Source of the DNA: Marsupella aquatica
Taxonomy: Eukaryota; Plantae; Marchantiophyta
Assembly (NCBI GenBank): GCA_973895155.1
Contig: OZ316894.1
Span: 25,108,709-25,172,708, forward strand
Reading direction: 5' to 3'
DNA length: 64,000 bases
In this document: positions 46,521 to 59,500 of the stretch, in pieces
Layout: the number at the start of each line of letters is the position of its first letter
How positions within the stretch are numbered: position 1 is the stretch's first letter
Notes under the pieces: model-generated
Told to the model about the DNA's origin: nothing
Seen by the model: only the letters and a program-made list of their open reading frames with translations
The model's database searches: none
Made by a program: the position numbers and the translations under genes

Positions 46521-49500
46521 ACGATCTTGCTAAAGGTCCATCCATTCCATAGAACTTCCCTTTTGCTTAAACTAGCTAAATACTCAGTCCAAAATTGGTA
46601 AGTCATTGCTCATGCACAAACTATTCATGATGATCACATAGGTGAAGCTTCCAATTTCAGATTTATAATATTAGCTCATAGTTGAGCTCATTCCAAATTG
46701 AGGAAATGTATGTTGTTGTCAGGATAGTTTCAACATGGCCAGGTAATAGGTTGGACATGTTGGGTAAAATTTAGCTCAAGAGAAGATTCGAGAACTTGGG
46801 GGTCAATACACTAACAGGATTCCAAAAATGCTTTTAGTTCCCGCACACTATATTTAGTCTGTATTTAAATGGCCCTCTAGTTTGCTTTGGTGAAAAAAAC
46901 TCACAAGTGCTTCCAAAAAATTGTAAAGCCTCCTTAAAAATTGACATTATTATAACATAACATTGTATCATAAACATTAATTTTGTTTTATTTACGGGTC
47001 CAGTTAGAGACTCTTGTAAATTTATAAATAACAAGAAAATTACACATCACCAGGCAATTCATGTTCGTTGGATTTTATTTATCGATGGTGTAGATCGTGC
47101 AACGTGGGTTGTCACTCCTGTGATGGTTGAGAACACACGTGTGACTAGTGTGAAGAATATCGATCGTTTCTATGCACAAATGATACATGTTTTATGGTGC
47201 CAAATTCTAATATAAACTTGGATAGTACACAAGGCAAAAATGTGACAAGAATTTATTTAGAACCATTGATAGTGTTTGATCAATGGTCAGCACTCTGTAA
47301 AGTGGTCTAGTCCCTAATCAATGGATTGTACAAAAAATGCAATGTGTGTTTGACGAATGAGGCGTGCAAGAATTGTAACGCATGTGGGGTTGATGCCACT
47401 TGCCACACACAAAGTGATAATTATTGCTTGTGAAGTTACAATTAGGTTGTGTCCAATATGTGTCAATGAACTCGACTATGTTACACCCCCATATTTCGAT
47501 AGATTCTTTCTCGTTATCTTCGTTTGTTTGATTACAATTTTCCACAAGCAAGTAATCCGATCATGGTCAACAAATTGATATGGTTTGTTCTAACAGTTGT
47601 TTTAGGGTCATTATAAGATGGTGAAAATTAGACATATATTATTTCCTGTCATATTGAAACAATGTTGTTTGATGCCAAACATGCAACGTGGATAACATGC
47701 AACCACAACCAGTAAACAGTATTTTGGGGAACGAGAGTTGTTTTTAGTGTCATTATGAATAAGCAAAGTTGTTTTTAGTGTCACTATGAATTAATGTCAA
47801 TAAAATAAATATATTCTTTTCTGTTGTTTCTAGTTTTGTTTTTGTGTGTTGTGCCAATAATGAGACGTGGATACCTTGCATGAACTATTACAAATCAGTT
47901 TCCTCTATACTTTAAACAACACCGCAAAACTAAGCAACCAAGATCATTCCCTTCTCTTTGATTTTCGAGCCACCTATTGTGGCTAGCTCTACCATTTGGA
48001 AGAACAAGGTTTCCTTAGTTGCTAAAATTATCTAGATTTCACCTCTCTGGAAATGATTTCCAAAGATTAGTCAATTTTGTCCCCAGTAGCCAAGCTAAGT
48101 TTTTGTCTCAACTCGCCAGTTCTCCATGTAGCCCCTGACCCGGTAATCAAATCAGTCTACATCATTCTTGCCGGTGAGGGAGAATAGTCAGAAGCCTGAA
48201 GCAATAATTACCCACGAAAGCCTTCGGAAAGAATTGAGTTCAGAATATTGCAGTCTGCCGTGACCAGACTTCCCCTTTATTCTCGCCGGATTTAGCGCTG
48301 ACGCTGTGTACTTGGGAAGGTACTGACTCACAGGTGCAACCCAGGTTCGGGATGATTACACTATTCACTTCGCACTAATTTTGAAAGAAATTTTTATTAT
48401 ATCTTGCTTTCAGATATGCAAGGCGGGCAAGTGAAATATTTCCGTCTTTTGAGTGGAGTTTACATACTGACACCTACAGCAGCCAAACATTTGTTGGCTC
48501 TTTATATCAAACTCTGAGCCCTTTGTAGTTTTGTTTGAGCCTAAGGATTTTAGGAATCTCAAAATGTCACTTTACTGCGCTGGGTGCCAGTTGGTTTATA
48601 TATGATGAACACAAATCATGTTGCTGTCCAATTCTAGTATTCTACTCTCACCTTATTTGTGCCAGAGTCATAGTCTAGAGATTTCAATCTCCCTCACCCT
48701 ATCATTTCGTAGACAGTGCTTTATTAAATAGTTTTATACAAACTACTTATTATTAAGGTACTAGTCACAACTACGACACTGTCCAGTTAGTTTGATGCTC
48801 AAGAGGACTATTTAGTCTTCTTGGGGTTTCCCCTTGTTTGCCCCTCTCATTAGATCTTTTTGGCCCTGGCATCCTGTCTCCGTTTGGGGCTTTTTGTTTT
48901 CTTTTCCATACAGGTGACATTTAGTAGAGTGCCCTGAATTCCATCGCATTCGCATCGAAAATTATGGTCATTACGCTTTCGACCTTTCGTTGTCCCTGCA
49001 AAAGCTTCAAACTTATACCGGCCTCCAGGTATTTCTTCGTGCTTTGACATTCCGGGGGATTGGGGAATCGCCGAGGAGGACAGCATCATCATGCTCATCA
49101 TCACCTTCGGTTTCTCCGGATTTTGTGTCGTGGAAGTCTAATTATCAACGCAGCAAAGTGCGCAACACCTCCCATGAACAGGACCCGAGGCTCGAGCTGC
49201 TCCGCTGGAGCACTGCTCGTGTAGACTGAGTGTAATGTAGCTGAGGTATTCGAGTGGCTGGAAGCTTTTTCATTTTCACCCACTCAACTACTCAAGGCAC
49301 TCAGTCTCATCAGAGATGGCAGGCAGCCGAATTTAGCGGTGCCGTCTTGTCATTCCGAATGGGCTGAATCCTCAGAACCTTCGACTTTTCCTGGAAGCAG
49401 CACTAAAGGCACTCCTCAGTCTCAGACATTGCTTTCCCACGCAGCCGCATCTATGCTGCGATGTTGTCGTTCAGACTTCAGAGAGAGCTCAGATAGTCAG

Positions 49501-49929
49501 AAGCTTCCACTTTCCAGGAATGAGCACTCATTATTCAGCTTTCGCAGACAGGAATTTAGTGTTGCGATGTTGGCATTGAGAGCGAGTTTATCCTCAGAAC
49601 CTTCCACTTTCCAGGCATGAGCATTATTCGAAAAAACATAAGCACCAAAGGCATCAGACCCACTAAATTACATACATTTCAAAGAGCTTTTTAAGTACAT
49701 TGCACCTAAAGATGCTTTTAAGTAAAATTGTACTTGGACATGTTTGAATTTACAATATTGCCTTTATTATTTTTATTTACAAAAATATAACTATTTTAGT
49801 ATATAGTTCTCCATGTTACCTTGATAAACTTGTTATCCGTGTATAAAGCCGTGATAATTTTATAAATACAGAAAAATAATGACAATATTGTGAATTAGAA
49901 CATCTTTAGTGACAAAATGATTAAAAGTT

Positions 49930-50390
49930 TATATTTCAAATTGCCACAAAACAAAGGGCACTCAGGAGAAAAATATGATCCCGCAGGCAAAAGACCCCAT
50001 CAAGTGTAAACAACCAAAGAGCCAAGAAGCCAGGAAAAACACCAACAAATGGACCACCATGGACACTGAAACCAAAGCCCCAAAGCGTACCTGTCGGCAA
50101 ACTGAAGAGTCCGGTCAAACTGGATAGGATGATGAAACAAGGGAATCCTACTAGAGGCCCTAAAACCAACCACTTTACCCCTACAAAGAATAGTGAAGAC
50201 CTGTGCCCCGTTGAAGCGTAAAGGACACACTTTGATTAAAAACAATGACGATAATAGACACTAGGTGGAACTGACCCCACTCAACATAATAACTGCACAA
50301 GAAGGTAGGAAACAATTGAAGGGAAGAAATTGAACAAAAAGACCCAAGAACACAGGAGGAGCCCAAAAAGCCAATGAGTCCCCTCACAAA
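49930..50390 (-). mobile_element. Dispersed repeat, probably a retroposon 3'-UTR remnant, related to 52265-53035
   Basis: Shared block GAGGCCCTAAAACCAAC...CCTAC.AAGAATAGTGAA at ~50155 and ~52550, with similar T-rich/TATAT left ends. Confidence 0.45.
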
Positions 50391-52264
50391 GAATTGAGCC
50401 CCAGAGTGTGTGGGGAAGGGGGCCAGCTAGTATGTGTTCAACTCCCCCTTGCTCTTGGCTGTGATCTGTGTGGTGAGCCTTGGGTGTTTTTGCTTCCTTG
50501 CATTTTAATCTGTTTCATAATAAATGTAATTCACCAATACAGTGTTCTTAATTCTTTAATTCCCCAGGCCCTGATCATAATAGACTCAACTAATATCTCC
50601 TGTAGAGTTCTGACAACACATCCTAGGGCCATTCTCAGCCCCATCACAATACTGCCAAAATTGTTATTCTCAACAAGATGTAGTGAAGTGTGGAGAGCTT
50701 TGGGCGCTTCTGCTCTTAAACTAAGGTTTTCTAAACGAGAGAAGTTGGTGGGTCCTGCTTGACAAAAACCAACTTGTTGAGGCAAACCGTTGCAATACTT
50801 TCTTGGGTGGTTGCAAGCACTCATTGTGCGGTGTAAGGTGGCAGTATAGGGCATACTTCCCCCACGTCCCTGCAAAACATAGAAGTGAGAAGACACGGGA
50901 GGGACATATGTTCTGAGGTAGAGGCAGGCTCTGAATTTTTTAGGGAGGTATGAAAGAGGGTTTAGCTAGGCAGTTTGGGCCTCTCCCTCTTCTAACTCAC
51001 TTACTGCTAGTTATAAGGGTTTAGGGAACCCACCAAGAAAGTAGCTCATACATACGTCTCACCAAGTTAGTTTTTGTCACACAGGGTCCCACCAAGATAA
51101 TTCCTCTCTCAACAAGGCGGGGTGAAAAGTGTGGTGAGGTGGGTATTTTGCACTTTCCTTAGAGCAAGTTAAACGCAGAACAAGGATATGAAATAAGGAA
51201 GATTCCAGAACTCTCTTAAATCTACCTTTTGCACTAAATTTTGGGTTAAAACAATATAAAAATACCTATTTTGGATAGCTTTCCAATGACCCCGATGGTG
51301 GGAGATGCTCATACCCCTCCACATGCAACCTACTGTAGTCCTATCACTCTTGAGAGTGGAGGCCAGTTCCATGGTGGACCCAATATCTCCAGATAATCTC
51401 ATTTGAAGTCAATGATACTTGGCAGCCAAGGAGGTGTGATACATGAAAGTTCACAAGGAGTTGTTGGTTCTCACATGGACGGGGACTGTGCTTGCTTTTG
51501 CAGGGAGCACTCTACTGTTTCGAGTAATGTGATAATGTCGCTTCCATATGTTGGAATCTTGGCGTTAGTAGGGTAAATTTCGTAGTATTTCACTTTATGA
51601 ATAGTAGGAACATTGGGAATTGTAACCTCGCACTTGAATTCGTTTCGCATGTCTTTCACGCCCACCACGTGGTTTGTTCCTTCCTCTCATGCTCGTTGGA
51701 TCTCCATAGAATTTTGCTTTTCACTTCATCGTGTCATCTTCCGAGGCTTCAAGTTTGTTGTTGTCTCCTGCTTTTGGCTTTGGTCTCTTGATGTTTCATT
51801 TCTGGGGTTCGTCTTGGTTTGAGTGATTGGGTCCCTCCTATTGGGCCTATAGTTCTTTCATTATTATTATGACAGGTTAGAATAAACATTTTCTTTTTAA
51901 AGGGAAATACTGTATGAGAGAGGAGCTTAATTGGCGCTTTTCAAGAACCAAACACCAAAAAACAAATTACTGAAAGAAGTACACGTTAAAAGGTTGCGAG
52001 AGTTTAGGTTTCTTACTCTAGTTACTGCAGTTAGCAGACCTGGGCTCTTTACTTTGGGAAATCAAAAATTGGGTTGGATTCTTTGGTAAATTTGAAATTT
52101 TGACTAAACGAAAGAGAATTAAACTCGGTGGGTTTAATTTTGTGGGGTATTGGGGGAGTAATAGATTGAACACTACAGTAGGGTTTTAGTTCCTTTGTTT
52201 TTGTTGCTGACTCTTGGGCTTGTTGGCTCTTTGGTCTTCATGGGTTTTTCCATCGTGTTCTGGC

Positions 52265-53035
52265 CTTTATATATCACACTGCCAGAAACAAAAAGCAAAA
52301 GGCAACCAAGCCTACATGATCCCAACTTAGGCAGGAGACCCAATAAAGGGGAAAAACAAGGGGAAAATTAAGTCAGGAAGACCTGAGAGCCAAAAAGAAC
52401 AGCAGTCCCAGCAAGAGTACTCCACAACAACAGACTGAAACTTATCTAACCCAACACACTACTTTGTTGTAAACTGATAGCCTGGTAAAGCTCCAGGTAA
52501 AGCCCCAGGTTAAATGACATTGGAGAATCGCGAGAAAGATTATGACTGGAGGCCCTAAAACCAACAGCCTGTACCTACGAAGAATAGTGAATGCATGAGC
52601 CTTCTCTAATGCAACAGACATCCGCTATCCAACAAAGGTTATGAGGACAAAAATTGGGGCATAAGGCCTTCGCTCTGCACAAAAGACCACACAGGCCTAC
52701 AAGAAGCAATCAAAGATAGGGTATGTGTAAAGCCCCAAAGACCTCCAAAATAAATGGGTAGAGTAGGTCTTCAGGGTAACGAGCAGCATAAGCCTCCTCC
52801 TTGAGTCAGCCAGCCTTGGCTAGAGCATGGTCCAGAACATGGGCAGCAATCACAACATTGTTTGAGTCAACAGTAGGATCAACAACCACCACATCCCCGA
52901 GGTTCCAAACGTACACCTGCCTGGGAAAATACCACATCAGCCCATTGCCTACCAGGAACACAACCACACCCCAAGTATGGACCCACGTCTGGTCCAAAGA
53001 CACTTCAAACCATACTTGGGTTGGCCCAAGCGTTT
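52265..53035 (-). mobile_element. Dispersed repeat, probably a retroposon 3'-UTR remnant, related to 49930-50390
   Basis: Same shared block as above; no intact coding domain. Confidence 0.45.
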
Positions 53036-55512
53036 AGAGTTTAGGGTTAGGATCCTGTGGGATTTATCAAGCCAAAGGTGCATGGAAATGGTGAAAGGGT
53101 ATAAATATGCATGCAGTCAGAGGCCACTTGCTAAACTTTATTAAGACTGTCCATAACCACAGGCTCCTTCAAATTGGGAATAACACCCTGCACAACCTTG
53201 AATGGGTAACATAGACCAGGCATGACAAAGTTGAGCCTGAAAGGCTAGAACTTGATCCTCAGCTCTCATCACAAAAGAGGATGAGAATTTATTGGATCTC
53301 CTCTGTGTGCGATCTTATCTCCCCATTTGGCACTTTTTGTGCATTTGCAATGTGATATATAATTATATATACTACTGTAGCAAACAACACAATTTACAAA
53401 AAAGTGTGAAACAAAGTACGATGGAGATAAACCAAAAGAAGTCTAGAGAGGATATCGACCAAACTCAAAAGAAATGTGCAAATGCAAATCCCCAAAACCC
53501 ACGTAGGGTGTAGAAAGTGTATGACAGAATTGTGTCAAAATTGTGTGAGACCCACTCCAGACTTACGTTACTCGTGTTCGGGGTCATGTTTGCTTTCCAC
53601 CTGAAGGTGGATTTCTTGAAAATACCTAGATGTTATATATCATTCCTTCACGTTAAAACCTAATTGATCGGTTTAGAAAAAAATGGATATAAATAAGAGT
53701 GGAGGAGAGTGAGGCCAACATGTGGACTTCCTTTGGAGCTGAGTGTTGGGCTTTTGGTGGAGCGTGGATGTTTGCTGGCAGTTCTTGTCCAAATTCCAAG
53801 CTTCCTCATTCTGATTTATATTTTTCATCCAAACTAAGTGGGTTTCTAAATTTCAGAGGACGAATGTAAAGAGGACTGTGATGGTGTCATTGTGAATAAT
53901 TGGGGAACAATCAAATTTAACTAATGGACACAAATCTTTCACATTTCCTTGCTTATATTAACAAAGGGGCAATTTGTGTGTTCATGCATAAACCAAACTA
54001 TAGAATCTTGGACAAGATGGTAAATTTTTATCAATACTTAGTAAACTCTTTTCAAAACATATGGAACCTGCAAGTTATAGCTGGGTAAAGACTATAACCA
54101 AGCTCAAAAATCAATTTAGCGACATTTTGTTTTGTTCTGGTGAGATCTCAAAAACTGCAACCTTGGAACCTGGATCCCAAGATAGGGTAGGCCAGAATAT
54201 TACAGCAAAATTCTTGGGAATACACAAAAAAATAGGGAGTTGAGGTAGTACAGATATACCAGGCCTGTGACCAAACCTATGTCATCACAATAGGCTAAAC
54301 AATGTTTAACATGATTGATAAAGAGTATTTTTGGGTCTATTTTGGCCCCGATCATATTAATGAATAAAGTCCAGTCAATCACACTTATGACAAACAAAGA
54401 GGGCCAAACTCGGGAGAGAAAATCCAAAAGGTAGAAACCCCAGCATAGGGGAGAACAAACAACTGAGGGAAAACATGAACAACAAGCCAGTGTGATAGAG
54501 AATTGTGCAGTCTTCTTGTCTTTCCCTCCTTTGAGATCTTGTCTCCAAATAAATTCCATGGCTTTCATGGGAATAATTTAAAAACAATGAATGGATGAGG
54601 GAAGACTTTAAGCTATTGGTACTCAGGATGTGGTTCTAAGCCTTAAAGGGAAAATTTGTAGAGGCCCAACCCTGTCCCTAGGGTGCAGCTACTAACCACT
54701 CCCCTGAGTGGCAGCCCTCATCATTTGCTTTGCAACTCACCCACTAGCTCCTGGAGATCACTCATGGATTTATGGCTGTGGCCCGTCATCTGCGGACAAC
54801 AATGATGCACCACCTGCAAACTGTGGACAAGGCATGCCGTGACCACCCACCACAGGGGTGCCCCTCATGCTGGAAGCGAACCATGCTTGCATCCTTCCCT
54901 AACGCTTCTCTTGAAGCCATCAACAATCTTTTGCTACTCTTTGGTTTTCTAGCATAGAGGGATGTAAGGCAGTTAGTTGATGGACCTGTAGACAGATTCC
55001 TCTTTGTGACTCCCCTATATGATTTACTCTAGATCTTTACCAGGCTTTTCACTTTTATGCATAGTAGGGTTTGAGTTTACTTTGCTCCTTATTGGGGCTT
55101 TGGTTATTTGTGGTTGTGGGAAACTCACTGGCTGTTGCATGGCGGCCTCTTTGGTCTTCTTGGGGTCTTTCTCTTTTCTTCTAGCTCCCTCCTTGATTGG
55201 GTCTCTTTCCTTTGAGATCCTGTCTCCTGGTTTGGCGTGCAAAGGACGGAATAAGATATAAATACTTAATTTGCAAGACATAGCCTGCCAGCCCTACTGG
55301 AAGGGACCAATATACTAGGAGAATTTATTAGATTAAAGTATGTTTACATGTGTCCAAAGTTCTAGCACAACATTTTGTACAATAAAATCCATTTGGAAGA
55401 ACTCAAAATCCTAGGAAGCTCTTACTACCATAGTTACTTTGCTTGGCTAACTAAAGAACATGTTGAACTACTCAACATAACAAGAAAATTTATTTGCTTA
55501 TGTATAGCTAAC

Positions 55513-55863
55513 TGTTGAGCATAGACGACACTCGTAACGGTAAGCACATGACACATCCAACTCGCAAGTAGTCGACACAAGAGATACTAACATGGTTCAC
55601 CTCCTTGAGGCTACGTCCACGGGAACACACAAGAGAGCTTTACTGAACTCTAAGCCCATTGGCTATACCAAGTCTCCACAATGTAAGCTCTCTTCATCTC
55701 TCAAGTGGCTCCACAACAATGAGCCTAAGTTCCACTTATCCAAGCAAACACCACTTGGCATATAGTGTGCATCCTAGTTAACCTAACCACATCTTTGACT
55801 ACGGTTAGTCTAACTACGGTTACATGTCGTAACCCTAGACCTTGAGTAAATACCTAGCTAACA
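55513..55863 (-). mobile_element. Solo LTR (351 bp), same family as the nested LTR at 18919
   Basis: TGTT...AACA termini and perfect TSD CTAAC (55508-55512, 55864-55868). Its reverse complement matches 19440-19712 closely. Confidence 0.92.
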
Positions 55864-56300
55864 CTAACAAATCTTTCTTTCATTATGTCCCGGGTTAAGA
55901 TCATAACTATATGATGTGTTTATAAGAGGTTAAGGTAGTGAAGCTGTGATAAGAGAAAGACAATGACTCCTTGAGTATTCAATGTATAAAAACCACCACT
56001 ATCCAATTGGGAAGAGAGGGTGTGGCGGGACAAGAGCTCCCAACACACTTCAAACTTCAAACGTGCTGTTGATAGAGGCAAGCTCAAGAAGCTTCAAGCT
56101 CATGGAGGTGACCCAGGAGGTGATGCAAAGTAGTTTGTAGGAAGGGGGAACTCAACACAAAATCTGGTCACACTATTTTTATTAGGGTACTGCAGCAGCT
56201 CCTGCCTGACTCTATGGAGGCCCACCACAATGTTTCCCATTGAAGTGACTTCAAAAGTCACTTGGCAAGGAGTTTCTGCATTAAGTTTCATTGAGACAGT

Positions 56301-56595
56301 CTGGGGGTTTCACTTCCACAAAAATGGCACATCATGTGCGACAAAGGATAGGGTCATTTTATTGGTTTGAAGGGAAGACTTAAGAGGTTTCGCAGAAGAA
56401 CAATAGGGTCTTTTAAATTCAATTTTGAGACTTATAAGAACATTAGGGTCTTTCTAACCAAAATTTTAGAATATTCTAAGAATATTCTAGCTTTATAGTG
56501 GTTGAAAAATAATTTTTTTTCTTACATTTTAGGGGGTCCAAGGCCTAAAAACGTTGCAGGGGATGGGGAGGCATCCATATAGTGAGACCCTCAAG
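56301..56595. mobile_element. Diverged copy of the hAT-type MITE, reverse orientation
   Basis: CTGGGGGTTTCACTTCCAC...CCATATAGTGAGACCCTCAAG with perfect 8-bp TSD GAGACAGT (56293-56300, 56596-56603). Confidence 0.85.
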
Positions 56596-59500
56596 GAGAC
56601 AGTTTAATTAGGATACCTCATTATTCTCAGGGTGGAGTGAAAATGGTCGGGACTTTTGCCCCCGCCGCCCCCCCCCTTTTGTTTACAAAATTCTCTTATA
56701 ATCTCGCTTATAATATTAGGATATATTGTAGGTTGTTGGCTGGAGATATCCCCCTGTTGGCCCAAATGAAAAGTAGAGTCTTCCAACCACAGGCAGCGCA
56801 TCCCTTTGTGTCAATAGGCAACACACCGCATTGAATGTTTATTGCCTTTAAGTTACAAGAGACTGAATGCAAAACTAGTGTGCAACTTTGGAGACTGCTA
56901 CTCCGCCTAAAGCCCTTGTCCATTCAAAACTCCATCTGGATGTTTGGTTATCTGAGTCACTGCATGCTAAACCAAATGATCCAGATGAAGTTTTAGATGG
57001 GTTGGGAGTGCCTTTATGGCAATGGTGATCCCCAGTGGTTGACAGATTCCCATCCATTTCTTGCATACTTTGAGGAAAAATTCCCCCATGATCCCTTAAA
57101 ATCAGTCCCGCTATTTACGTGATCCAGGCCTGATATTTAGGGCCCAATGGAGATGAGCCTTTACACCAAACCTCTTATATATATTTTGATTAAAAATAAT
57201 TCAGTTCTTAAAACTCAAATAAACTGTAGATCATAGAACCCTTTACTTGTCAGTTGAGTATCAAAATCTTGGACTCTTTTTGGGCTCACTACTGTCATCA
57301 TTTTCTAGCCAGCATAGAGGATGTTCTTTTGCAGCAGATAAATGTAAAGAGGGTAGCAACTAATAAATTCCCCCCTCTTAAGAGCATCTTCAATAGCTAC
57401 TAGGGTGGGAAGTGAACCTCTACACTTTTGACCCAACCCAGTAGAGGTAAGGTAATACAACCGCCCTTGCCCTCCCCAATGGCAATTGTGGGCTTGTAGG
57501 AATGGGATTTAAGAGGTCATATCCCACTTTAACCTAGCAACAGCTATAGTTCTTTACTGAATCAAGATCATATGGTGATGGAAGCCATGGCACTTCCTGG
57601 TATGGGAAGTTAAGTCGCTTTGTCAGACCCAAATCCACTAGGTTGATCACACCATTCCAGGACATTTTTCCTGAAATCATGGAGGAGGGGTAATTGTAAT
57701 GTGCAAGAAAACAGTAAAATTCTTCCTCGCGCGAGCAAAAAATATTCCTGCAGGACCCCTAATTTTCTAACTGCCTCGCTATCAACTACCTGGTTGACCG
57801 TGACATGCCTTTTGGGGACTCCCTTTTTGCTAGCGAGCTCGCTAGCCATCTGGACTCTTAAAAAAACCCCCAAAATGTAAAAGACACCAAAAAGCAACTG
57901 AAATTTGGAACCATTATTGTCTCGCTATCAAAATCTCATGTTTGCTCGCAACATAGAATACCTCATGGAGGAGGCTTGCAACCATAGTGAAGGAGGCAAA
58001 GACTGAAATGTGAAATTGGGGGAAGCAGTTTGGACACTTCCCCCTTATCTAGTGCCAATGGCCATTTAAGGCAAAGCTCCCATATAAAGTACTCCAGAGT
58101 AACCATAATACTCATTTCACATACACAACAATCATGTCAGAAGAGAACAGAGTCATCAGATTCTGGTATGATTGTTGTGAATTTTTAAGTATAAGTGTAA
58201 TCTCATTAGTTCACCTGGGATATATGGCTCAAAAACTTCTAAAATAATTCCTATTTTTAAGAAATCATAAAAACTGTTCTGAGAGTACAAGGATCCTATG
58301 ATCGGATGTGAGTGGGAGAGCCTACTGGGTAGTTATACTGTTCACCCATATAAATGAACGGTGAAAGTTAAAGGCAGGGCCCCTTTAAAGCGAGCTTTAA
58401 AGTGGAACCTGTGTGGTGGAAGAAAGGAGTGCAAAACTCTATGTTTCAGTTTAGTCTAGCAGAAGCACAATCATCCCACACTAGAAATCAAGCCCAACTA
58501 AGGAGCCCTGTACGATTTGGGGTAAAGTTTTTGGCTCCATGGCTTTCATACATCCTGCACAAATTAAAAGGGCACTATCTATCTACCAAAGTGTGATTGA
58601 AGGCCAGATTACAGGCCCTGAAGCTAGGGTACAGCTTTGGTTGGGGGTGGAATTGGAAATGGGTACAATGACCAAACTCACCGTTTACTAATGGGAAAAT
58701 CTTGGCAAAGCTTGGGCATTCAAGTTTGATCAATTTGGACATCTCAGAATCAATTTATTTAATCCCAATTTAAGGTAATCGACATTATTTGACACACAAC
58801 TTGTCATTAACACTTCATTGCAGTTTCCTGAATAATTCCCAGATTCATGGCCTGGGCTGAAGTCCAAATGTTTGGACAATATTTGTGTCAAAAGTTAACA
58901 GGCAGTGGTTAAGGTTATTGGTGAATAGTTGATCAAGCTTGCATGCTTTCCTTACTTGAGCCAAGCATGGCTCTCACAACTTTTATGGGAGTTCAAATAA
59001 ATCTAGAACTCCAACTACAAATGGGAGTTCCCCTTGTGTTAGAGGAGGTATTCTACAATTTGATCAAACTGAAAAATTTTGAAGCGAGGATACTGTTGTT
59101 TGCAAGTCACAAGTGGTTCTTAATTTCTTCTGATTTCTGCTGACTTTTATGTTAATTTCTAGTGCATTTCTAAGACTCAAGGAGTCCCAAAATTGGTTTC
59201 ACTGACCAAGTTTTTGCTAGCTAGTGATTAACTTCGCTAGTGAAGTGGGTTTTGTTTATGTTTGCTTACAAGCTACAATCACCCGTGTCTGAGCATCCCC
59301 AACCCATGCAAGTGGGTTTTGCTTGCTGGGTATATAAACACACAATTTGACAGCGTTGTAATTTTAGTTCACTGTACATAGCAAGGCCAACTGAAAAGTA
59401 GCCTCAACCCAGAGAGAGGGGATAATTTCCCTAAACAGCAGGTATGAGCATCCAACAAGTGTAAATTGGAATCTCAAAAACTCAGCAACAAACCCAGTGG

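Noticed and set aside
47030-47600. Helitron or other TE coding fragment
   Set aside because: The frames I translated showed no recognisable motif and contained stops.
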